This document shows, one piece after another, positions 17,102 through 25,500 of a stretch of 28,370 nucleotides of DNA (the first letter of the stretch is position 1; each line of letters opens with the position of its first letter). Made by a program: the position numbers and the translations under genes. Source of the DNA: Candidatus Aenigmatarchaeota archaeon (lineage in GTDB: Archaea; Aenigmatarchaeota; Aenigmatarchaeia; QMZP01); NCBI GenBank assembly GCA_043811635.1, contig JBDRNB010000016.1, positions 1 to 28,370 of the forward strand, given 5' to 3'. A model generated the notes under the pieces. That model did not search any database. It worked only from the letters and a program-made list of their open reading frames with translations, and had not been told where the DNA came from.

Positions 17102-17203
17102 AATATCAATATCACGTTCCCCTTTATATAATTAAGCGTACAATTAGCGTATATTCAGTCGCATATTTAAAAATGTTTGGCGTTCAAAACTTAACTGGTT
17201 GAT

Positions 17204-18241
17204 ATGGATACAGGAATTGTAAGTTACGGGGCATATATACCCAGGCTTCGCATTTCAGTAGAGGAGATAGCGCGGGTCTGGGGAGAGGATCATAACAACA
17301 TAAAGAACGGCCTTAGAATAGAGGAAAAGAGCGTTCCAGAAATGGATGAGGACACAATAACACTAAGCGTTGAGGCTGGAAAGAACGCTTTGTTAATGGC
17401 AGGAGTAGATCCAAAGAAGATAGGAGCCCTGTTCATAGGGTCAGAATCACACCCTTATGTTGTTAAGCCATCTGGAACAGTGGTTGCAGATGCTCTTGAT
17501 ATCGGTCCTGATCTAATGGTTGCAGATTTCGAGTTTGCCTGCAAGGCAGGAACCGCTGCAATACAATGCTGCTACGGCCTTGTGAAATCAGAACAGATAG
17601 AATATGGGATGGCCATAGGAGGGGACACCTCACAGGGAAGGCCAGGCGATGCCTTAGAGTATACTGCATCAGCAGGAGCAGCAGCATTCATAATAGGAAA
17701 AGATCCCATAGCGACATTAGATAACATGTATTCATACACGACAGATACAAGCGATTTCTGGAGAAGGGAAGGAGAAGCCTACCCGCGGCACGGCGCAAGG
17801 TTCACAGGAAAGCCAGCATATTTTTTGCATGTTTTAAAGGCCACTAAAACCCTGCTTGAAAGGACATCTATGCAGCCAAAGGACTTCAAGTATGCGGTTT
17901 TTCATATGCCTAATGGAAAGTTTCCAGAAACAGCAGCCAAGAAACTTGGATTCACAAAAGAGCAGATAGAACCAGGCCTGGTTGTGAAGAGGATTGGAAA
18001 CACCTATTCAGGCTCTAGCCTCCTTGGCCTGGCAGCTATTCTGGATATAGCAAGCCCAGGAGACAAGATACTTGTCACATCATATGGCTCAGGTGCAGGC
18101 TCTGACTCATTCTGCTTCACAATAACAGACAAGATCACCTCATCACGTGGCAAGACCCCACGAATAGAGGATTACATAAAGGACAAGCAGAACATAGATT
18201 ACGGAACATATGCAAGACTCAGGGGGAAGTTAAAAGGATAG
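17204..18241 (+). CDS. mvaS: Hydroxymethylglutaryl-CoA synthase, archaeal type
   Basis: [10 protein letters not shown], catalytic [46 protein letters not shown]. Confidence 0.96.
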   Translation: MDTGIVSYGAYIPRLRISVEEIARVWGEDHNNIKNGLRIEEKSVPEMDEDTITLSVEAGKNALLMAGVDPKKIGALFIGSESHPYVVKPSGTVVADALDIGPDLMVADFEFACKAGTAAIQCCYGLVKSEQIEYGMAIGGDTSQGRPGDALEYTASAGAAAFIIGKDPIATLDNMYSYTTDTSDFWRREGEAYPRHGARFTGKPAYFLHVLKATKTLLERTSMQPKDFKYAVFHMPNGKFPETAAKKLGFTKEQIEPGLVVKRIGNTYSGSSLLGLAAILDIASPGDKILVTSYGSGAGSDSFCFTITDKITSSRGKTPRIEDYIKDKQNIDYGTYARLRGKLKG

Positions 18242-18242
18242 T

Positions 18243-18551
18243 ATGGACAGACAGATGGACACAAGGGTAACGGATTATGTTAAAAAACAGATAGGCTGGA
18301 ACCCTCGAAATGGAGAAATAACTTTACATTGTTATGAAGATTCACTTATTGTAAATATTCATAAAAATGATGCGGTAGGATCTTTTTCATTCAATACTGG
18401 TAATAGGTATTTAACACCTTTTGAAAAAAGAAGATTCCTTTATTCACAGATAACACCATTCAGGGAAGAGTTCGGACCAAATATAATACATCTGGTTTTA
18501 GATGGAGAAATTTTTGATGAAGTAGATTATGGAAGGAGATTTGGAAGATGA
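18243..18551 (+). CDS. Hypothetical 102-aa protein inserted between HMG-CoA synthase and thiolase
   Basis: Starts 1 nt after the HMGCS stop; its TGA overlaps the thiolase ATG (ATGA); AT-richer codons; no motif recognised. Confidence 0.7.
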   Translation: MDRQMDTRVTDYVKKQIGWNPRNGEITLHCYEDSLIVNIHKNDAVGSFSFNTGNRYLTPFEKRRFLYSQITPFREEFGPNIIHLVLDGEIFDEVDYGRRFGR

Positions 18552-19699
18552 AAAGAGTAGCTGTTGTTGGCGTTGGTATGACAAAGCAGGATGAGCACTG
18601 GGACAAATCCATCAGGGACTTGTCCATGGAAGCTGGAGCCTCAGCTTTGCGTGATGCTAAACTAGAAGGAAAGGACATACAGGCCCTATATATTGGAAAC
18701 ATGTCCGCAGGCAGGTTTGTTGGACAAGAACATCTTGCCGTACTGGCAGCAGATCAAGCAGGCCTGCTTCCAATACCTGCAACAAGATGCGAGGCAGCTT
18801 GTGCCTCAGGATCCCTGGCATTCAGAAAGGCATATTTGTCCATACTGTCAGGAGAGTATGACATTGTCATGGTTGGCGGAACAGAGAAGATGACTGACAT
18901 AAAGGGAACAGGAGCAATAGCAGCTCTGATGGGAGCTGGTGATAGTGAATGGGAATCGTCCATAGGACTCACATTCACTGGCCTGTATGCAATGATGGCC
19001 AGGGCATATATGAACAAATACGGCCTTACAAGAGATGAGTTGTCCTTGGTTCCTGTGAAAAACCATAAACACGGCCTAAATAATCCATATGCTCAATTCA
19101 ACTACGAAGTTACAATAGAGCAGGTTTTGAAATCTGCTCTGATAGCAGATCCTTTGAGATTACTTGATTGTTCTCCAATAACAGATGGATCTGCTGCACT
19201 GATACTTGCATCAGAAGATGTGGCAAAGAGATTCGAGAATCCAGCTTGGATTCTGGGTTCAGGTCATGCAAGCGATACACTGGCACTGCATAATAGAAAG
19301 AGCATCACAGAGATCGTATCAAGCCAGATAGCAGCAAGAAATGCGTATGAAAAAGCAGGGCTTAGACCTGAAGACATAGATGTGGCAGAGGTTCATGATT
19401 GCTTTAGCATAGAAGAGATAATTGCATATGAAGATCTGGGATTTGCAGAGAGAGGTAAAGGTAAGGATCTCTTGATAAACAAAGAAGTGGAAGTCGGAGG
19501 AAGAATACCAGTCAACCCAGATGGCGGACTGAAGCTGGGACATCCTGTCGGTGCGACAGGAATAAAGCAGATCATAGAAATAACAAGACAGCTTAGAGGA
19601 GACGCCTTCAATCAGGTAAAGGATGCAAGGATAGGACTCACTCATAATATAGGAGGAACCGGAGCAACAGCCATTGTTCACATATTCGGTAAGGAGTAG
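18548..19699 (+). CDS. Acetyl-CoA C-acetyltransferase (archaeal thiolase)
   Basis: EAACASG (catalytic Cys), GTEKM, KNH, CSPITDG, EVHDCF, GHPVGATG, HNIGG. Confidence 0.95.
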   Translation: MKRVAVVGVGMTKQDEHWDKSIRDLSMEAGASALRDAKLEGKDIQALYIGNMSAGRFVGQEHLAVLAADQAGLLPIPATRCEAACASGSLAFRKAYLSILSGEYDIVMVGGTEKMTDIKGTGAIAALMGAGDSEWESSIGLTFTGLYAMMARAYMNKYGLTRDELSLVPVKNHKHGLNNPYAQFNYEVTIEQVLKSALIADPLRLLDCSPITDGSAALILASEDVAKRFENPAWILGSGHASDTLALHNRKSITEIVSSQIAARNAYEKAGLRPEDIDVAEVHDCFSIEEIIAYEDLGFAERGKGKDLLINKEVEVGGRIPVNPDGGLKLGHPVGATGIKQIIEITRQLRGDAFNQVKDARIGLTHNIGGTGATAIVHIFGKE

Positions 19700-19701
19700 A
19701 T

Positions 19702-20106
19702 ATGCCTGGTAGATCATCTGTTCCAATGTTCTGGAGACTGAAGAAAGCCAAATATGGATTAGTTGGAACAAAGTGCGTCAATTGCAGTTCTCTTTATTTT
19801 CCACCAAGACCCCTATGTTCAGAATGTAGAAGCAAAGGAAAGATGGAGGACTTTCAGTTTTCAGGAGAAGGAGAGATAACATCCTTTACAATTATAAGAG
19901 TTGCCCCAGAAGGATTTGAGGCCTACACACCATTTGCAGTTGGAATGATAAAACTAATAGAAGGACCAAATGTTGAAGGACAGATTGTAGGTAATGTGCA
20001 GAATGTTGAGGTTGGAAAAAAGGTAAAAACAGTCTTCAGAAAGATGCACGAAGACAATCCAGACGGCTTGATATACTACGGTTTGAAGTGGAAGATCGTT
20101 GATTAA
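19702..20106 (+). CDS. DUF35 Zn-ribbon/OB-fold scaffold protein
   Basis: CVNC...PPR..CSEC rubredoxin-like knuckle, G.ITSFT, VG.KV...FRK; canonical position after the thiolase. Confidence 0.95.
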   Translation: MPGRSSVPMFWRLKKAKYGLVGTKCVNCSSLYFPPRPLCSECRSKGKMEDFQFSGEGEITSFTIIRVAPEGFEAYTPFAVGMIKLIEGPNVEGQIVGNVQNVEVGKKVKTVFRKMHEDNPDGLIYYGLKWKIVD

Positions 20107-20158
20107 GGTAAATTGCCCATATAATTAGGTAATATAGTAACAAAAATTGTCTCAAGTC

Positions 20159-20180
20159 GTCGGCCGACTATTTTTATATA
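20159..20180 (+). promoter_or_regulatory. Perfect palindrome GTCGGCCGAC directly upstream of the TATA box (TTTTTATATA) of minD
   Basis: 10-bp palindrome at 20159-20168; TATA at 20171-20180. Confidence 0.55.
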
Positions 20181-20239
20181 CTAAATCCAATAAAAACATG
20201 TAATATTTGGATCAGCCAAATTTAGATAAGGGAATATAT

Positions 20240-20977
20240 ATGAAAAAGGTAATTGGTGTTTTCTCTGGAAAGGGAGGAGTCGGGAAAACAGTGTGCGCCC
20301 TTAACATCGGCTTAGCAATCCATGAGTTTGGTGACAAGATTGTCCTGATGGATTGTGACTTGAAACATCCAAACATGGCCTTGCATTTGGGACTGCACGA
20401 TTTCCACACAACTGTGCAAGATGTGTTAGAAAGAAGAATAAGTCCTCTGGAAGCAATTAGCATTCATAATTCAGGATTGAGATTCATACCAGGCTCCATA
20501 GCGCTTAGAAACTTTGAGTACGACAACAAATATTTCAAGGAATCTCTCGATGACATAAACAATCTAGTTTTATTCGACGGGCCATCAGGTTCAGAAGGAA
20601 ATGCACTTGCCTTGCTAGAGATATGCGATGAGATCATTATTGTTACAAGTCCAGACATACCGGCTGTCACAGATGCAATGAAGATTATACAGATTGCAAA
20701 TGATATGGACAAGAGATCAATAAGCATGATAATAAACCGGGTTCAGAAAAAACACGAACTGGATATAAAACATATAGAGGATGCATGCAAGGTTCCAATA
20801 CTAGGAATAGTGCCAGATGACAAGAATGTTAAAAGAGGATTGCACCAGAGGCTTCCTGTTACTTTGTACAAGCCCTTTTCAAACTCATCCATAGAGTTCA
20901 GAAGGATTGGAGCTGCAGTGGTTGGAAGGAATTATTCACCGCCAAGATTCTACAGAATAAGAAGACTATTCCATTGA
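20240..20977 (+). CDS. minD: MinD/ParA-family ATPase
   Basis: Deviant Walker A GKGGVGKT, MDCDL, DGPSG, VTSPD, INRV, VPDD; basic amphipathic C-terminus FYRIRRLFH. ATG 20240 preferred over TTG 20207. Confidence 0.9.
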   Translation: MKKVIGVFSGKGGVGKTVCALNIGLAIHEFGDKIVLMDCDLKHPNMALHLGLHDFHTTVQDVLERRISPLEAISIHNSGLRFIPGSIALRNFEYDNKYFKESLDDINNLVLFDGPSGSEGNALALLEICDEIIIVTSPDIPAVTDAMKIIQIANDMDKRSISMIINRVQKKHELDIKHIEDACKVPILGIVPDDKNVKRGLHQRLPVTLYKPFSNSSIEFRRIGAAVVGRNYSPPRFYRIRRLFH

Positions 20978-21409
20978 TTCTTCAGAATGAACATTAACAA
21001 TAGACTTACCAATATCTCCTTCTAGCATGTAGAATCTGTTTCTACCAACCTTAACACCCTTCACAATGCTCTCTAGCTCAAGCTCCCGTAGATACTCGTT
21101 TGCGCGAACCCTTGAAAGGTCAATAAGCTTTGCAAGTTGAACAGGTCCAAGCTTCTTATGCTTCTTGAGAAGGTTTATAATTTCTCTTTTTGTTCTTATC
21201 TTCTTAGGGCTCTCTCCCTTCTTCTTAATACCTACAACAAACTCCTTCAGCTCGTCAAACTTCTCGCTCAGGGCCTCAATGTCTGTGTGTATCCTATTCA
21301 TATACTCTACCCTGTTCTGAGGAAGACTAAGAGAGCTCTTTTCTATAGCATGCTTTATCTCAAGCAGCGTGACCAAATCCGTTTTCTTGGCAGAATTTTC
21401 CTTTCCCAT
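20966..21409 (-). CDS. Coiled-coil plus C-terminal winged-HTH protein (putative transcription regulator)
   Basis: REIINLLKKHKKLGPVQLAKLIDLSRVRANEYLRELELESIV...GRNRFY; convergent 12-nt overlap with minD. Confidence 0.85.
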   Translation of the reverse strand: MGKENSAKKTDLVTLLEIKHAIEKSSLSLPQNRVEYMNRIHTDIEALSEKFDELKEFVVGIKKKGESPKKIRTKREIINLLKKHKKLGPVQLAKLIDLSRVRANEYLRELELESIVKGVKVGRNRFYMLEGDIGKSIVNVHSEESME

Positions 21410-21420
21410 AATGATACATA

Positions 21421-21453
21421 TATGTTCGTCGACAGATTTAAATTAATGTCGAC
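21421..21453 (-). promoter_or_regulatory. Promoter of the wHTH gene: TTTAAAT TATA flanked by the inverted repeat GTCGACA-N12-TGTCGAC, with downstream element TCGACGAACATA
   Basis: GTCGACA at 21428-21434 and TGTCGAC at 21447-21453; the TATA lies about 27-33 nt from ATG 21409. Confidence 0.7.
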
Positions 21454-21593
21454 TTGTCAAGAACTTCTCCTCTATTATCTTATTTTTACATTCTTTATAA
21501 GATTACTCCATTCGTGAAAAGGCTTCAAATCATTTCTCAGATCAAATAAACTTATTAGGAACAATAGTGAACTAAAAGAAGACTTCTAAGGTC

Positions 21594-21609
21594 TTTTCAG
21601 GCCTGAAAA
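21594..21609. promoter_or_regulatory. Perfect 16-bp palindrome TTTTCAGGCCTGAAAA
   Basis: Read directly; 12 nt upstream of the TTATAT box of the surface-protein operon. Confidence 0.6.
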
Positions 21610-21621
21610 ATCCCTCAAAGA

Positions 21622-21642
21622 TTATATCCTTCGACGAATATA
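21622..21642 (+). promoter_or_regulatory. Promoter of the surface-protein operon: TTATAT followed by TCGACGAATATA
   Basis: Same TATA-to-element spacing as in the divergent wHTH promoter; 11/12 match of the element. Confidence 0.65.
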
Positions 21643-21665
21643 CAGTTGTTTAAGGCGCGCTATAT

Positions 21666-22568
21666 ATGAGGGTTGCTAATATAGATAGTTCTCGTGGAAT
21701 GAAGAGTAGTTTGAGGAGTAATTCCAAGTTATTCAGCCTATTTCTTGTCGTTCTCATGCTACTTATGGCAACCCCCATAACTATTATCATTGCACAACAT
21801 ACAGATTTCAACGAATCTTTTTCTTCAATCACAGGGAATGTCGGACAGCCAAAAACCCTCATAGAATCTCAGAATTCTACTGACACGTCACCTGATCAGA
21901 TGCAAGAGCTTCAACCTCCATTTGAGCAGCCAGAGAATGAAACCGAGAATGTTGAATTACCAGAAAGCCCATCTCAAGGGGAAAATGAGACAGAGCCAGA
22001 AAACACTACAATAGAAATACCAGAAAACATAACACAACCAGAAAATGAGACACAAGCGAACATAACCATAGAACTACCAGAAAACGAGACAGAGCCGATT
22101 AATGAGACAATCAACGATACAGAAACACCAATAGAAAACATAACCATAGAATTGCCAGAAAACGAGACATACGAAAACGTAACAATAGAAACACCAGAAA
22201 ACGAAACGCAACCAGAAAACGATACAGAAACACCGGGAATACCAGAACCAGTTATACCGCCAAAGATAGCGAGACCGATACCAGATTTCCCTGCACTTGC
22301 TGTTGGTATAGATTCACAAGACAAGATCACAAGAGGAGAGTCATTCACAGCTACATCAATTGTTACCAACAGCGGTTTAGGGGATGCAGAGAACGTGATA
22401 ATAACGTGGGACCTTCCACAGGGGTTCTCAATACTGAGTGGTTTTGAAGAGCATGGCTGTGGTGAGATACAACCGAACTCTTTCTGTGAATCAATTATAG
22501 AGGTGTTTGTTTCCTTGGATGCAGACCTTGGAAAGTCTAAGTTAAGAGTAAGGGTGAGCTATGAGTAA
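21666..22568 (+). CDS. Secreted protein with an N-glycosylation sequon-rich P/E/N/T linker and a C-terminal Ig/CARDB-like domain
   Basis: Basic n-region and hydrophobic h-region ending IIIA-Q; PENET/NITIE repeats; C-terminal beta-sandwich pattern (VTNSG.GDA.NV.ITW.LP.G). Alternative start ATG 21699. Confidence 0.85.
   Translation: MRVANIDSSRGMKSSLRSNSKLFSLFLVVLMLLMATPITIIIAQHTDFNESFSSITGNVGQPKTLIESQNSTDTSPDQMQELQPPFEQPENETENVELPESPSQGENETEPENTTIEIPENITQPENETQANITIELPENETEPINETINDTETPIENITIELPENETYENVTIETPENETQPENDTETPGIPEPVIPPKIARPIPDFPALAVGIDSQDKITRGESFTATSIVTNSGLGDAENVIITWDLPQGFSILSGFEEHGCGEIQPNSFCESIIEVFVSLDADLGKSKLRVRVSYE
21930..22235 (+). repeat. Degenerate coding repeats PENET / NITIE(L/I)P (14 N-x-T sequons in 102 aa)
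   Basis: Recurrent ccagaaaa(c/t)gagaca and aacataaccatagaa units; sequons counted from the translation. Confidence 0.9.
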
Positions 22569-25500
22569 GGAAAAATCACAGGCACATATCTTCGAGCTCT
22601 TCCTACTCACCTTTTTCTTTCTGCAAGCTGGACTGCTAGCGTTTTTAGGCATTTACGGCCTTGTTTTCCTTGGCATCACAGGATCTGGATTCGCAATTTC
22701 AAAGAGACTGAAGAGCTCACACACAGCACAAGCAGAGATGCTTGTTGCAATTGTGTTCCTCGCCCTGATATCCACTGTTGCCATAGCACAGACAGTTAAT
22801 CAGACATTCACCAATGATAGTATTACAGGCCTGAATATAGGAAAGGATCTTAATAGAATTGTATACAAAACCAAGGACATCGAGGTCTGGGCAAACACAG
22901 AGATTATTCTAGACATCAACGAGACAAATGACACATTCATAGGAAAAGCACAGCTAGTTCTTGACAATGGCGACCCACTATCTAGTGAGATTATCAAGAT
23001 CTATCTAAATGGTGAGAAGAGACTGGTTCAGGACACAGACGAATATGGGGCAATCGAATTCATTCTGCAAAAGCAGAGCGGCCTGAACGTGATAAGGGCT
23101 GTATTCGATGGAAATCCAGATGCCTATTACAATCCATCAGTGGACGAGTTCATATCAGGGATACCGGAAAACGAGACAGAGCCCGTGAATGAAACAGAAC
23201 CTGTGAACGAGACAGAGCCAATTAACATCACAAAACCAATAAATGAGACCATTAACGAAACATATATCATCAGCATCGAGAGCATAGATGTTCCAAAAGT
23301 CATAAACGAGAGCTTTGAGATCGGCGTGAATATACTTTCCAATTTCAACACATCAGCCACAGTCTCAATCAACCTCTCAATTCAGACATACGAAGAAGAT
23401 ATTATACTTGTAGAGGATATACTAACACAAACAACATTCGAGTTCCAGCCAATAGAATGCGGAAAGTATGTAGGTCAGATCCTTGTTGAGAGTGAAAATG
23501 CAAATGATTATGATGAATTCACTGCTGTCGCAGCATGTGAGATAAATGACACCAATATAACAGGGAATCTAACAAATCTCACAATAACAGATCTTGGTTT
23601 AATCCAGGGCGAAGCCAAAATCAACCAGCTTGTTCCATGGTACAAGACGATTGAGGTATTCAATCCAAATGATGTTGAAGTGGAGGACATAGAGATTGAG
23701 GTTGAGCTTCCAGAGTCAGCTGAAGACATCAAAATAAAGAGGATACCCAAAAGCAACAAAATAGCGAGTGCTGTTGCCATTGAGATCAAGGAAGGAAAGC
23801 TGAAGGACAAGATCAAGGCAAAAGAGAAGGAGAAATATCAGATTGAGTTCTACACAGCTGCTCCAGAAAAAGTAGAGCAGGAAACACCTGAGGGGAAGAT
23901 AGTAACAATATCACATAATGAAGAATTGCATTACACGAATGTTGAAGCAAGTATTCCAATACCTGAAATAGAAAGCGAAATAGAGATAAAGAACAAGGAA
24001 TCATTTGCAGGAGATGAGATACCAGTTTTTGACATCTATACAGGAGAACAGACAGACATCTTCTGGGTGGGAGGAAGCACTGAATTGTTTGAAGATATAA
24101 CCCGGGTAACCTATGATGATGCTCATCAAGCAAGATATGAAGATTCTGATGGTAATGGGATTAATGATTTGTTTGTTTGGAATGTGCCAACATTGTCCAA
24201 TCAGACATACCTGATAAACAAGACAAACGAGATAAACATAACAATTAAGATAACAGATCTGAATGGAAACGATCCTGGAATTGAATACGATGTTCAAAAC
24301 AGAGAATATGGCTACTCTTTGAGCCTAGCTAAGAGGGGATTCAAACCAGGGACCTACAAATTGATAGTAGAAAAAAATAATATCTCCTTAGAAAAGCAAT
24401 TCACTTGGGGACTTATTTCAGTTAATACATTGGCAATATCGTGCCAAAAATGCACACTTGGAAAATCAATTTTCTACCCAGAAGAAATACTAAAAATTGG
24501 AATGATTGTATTGAATGAAAATGGAACGCCATCTGCAGGTATGGATGTCTTGTTAACAGTGACAGATCCTGATAATAAGTCATACACATTCTGGACAGGA
24601 AATAATACAATCACAGAGGGTAAAAGAGGAGAATACTTTGCAGAATTCGAAACAACAGTTGAAGGAACATACACAATGTCTGCAAAAACACTCCTTCTCG
24701 GGCATGAGGTTAGCATAGACTCATACTTCCTTGTTCAAGAATCTTATGACTTCGAGATATTGAGAGACACTGTAATGACATTGGATCCAAGATTCGATGA
24801 ATTTGAAACCACATTCTATATATATCCTAACATAGATGGCGTGGATGAGTTCACAGTAATAGAGCATCTTCCAAGTGACTTCAGCATAGTATCGACCAAC
24901 AACGCAACAATAATAGAAAACGAAACTGAGATCTTGCTCATCTGGGAAAACATCACAGAAGATATAGATGCATCCTATTCAGCACAAATACCATGGAACT
25001 GGCCTTGGCTGTACAGAGTTGGTAAAGTTGAAATAATTTATGATACCCCGACAGGCACACATTCATATGAAGAGGGGAGGGAATGGCTGTTGGCAGTTGA
25101 CCCTGCGGATGATATAGGTTTGATAGCATATGGAACCACTATAGACAACGCGCCAAGATACAGGTTCTGGAATGGAGACGAATGGAGTGGCGAGGCGAGC
25201 GCGAATGATGTTGGTGGAGAGATAAGATGGACGCATGTAAGGAGTTCGCCTAAATTCTATGAAGAATTCATAATCGGCACTGCAGATGATGCTGGGGACA
25301 TCAATCTACAGACATATAACGGAACAGGATTTGATCAGCTCACAGAAGTGGAAACAGAATCACCAACAACAAATAGATCATTTGACGTGGAGTATGAACA
25401 ATTATCAGGACAGGCAATGGTCGTCTATTCAGACGGAACACCAATACCAAAATACAGAATTATGGAAAGGGGAACCCGCGTCTGGGAATCTGAATCCTCT

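Noticed and set aside
20205-20221. Inverted repeat ATTTGG-ATCAG-CCAAAT in the minD leader
   Set aside because: It is a single 6-bp stem with no second copy in the window, compatible with chance.
21446-21590. Small ORFs in the wHTH/surface-gene intergenic region (23-aa plus-strand ORF at 21446-21517 and a ~36-codon minus-strand open stretch)
   Set aside because: They are too short, lack SD or a clear start, overlap promoter elements, and have no homology evidence.
22561-22790. Class III (prepilin-like) signal peptide at KS-QAHIFE or TA-QAEML in the giant protein
   Set aside because: The Glu is not at the +5 position in either case; ordinary TM or Sec signals explain the segments.
24410-24470. 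Bulge-helix-bulge mRNA intron at the CxxC insert
   Set aside because: I could not build a 4-bp central helix with two correctly placed 3-nt bulges, the frame is open without splicing, and the relaxed cut sites would not restore the expected motif.
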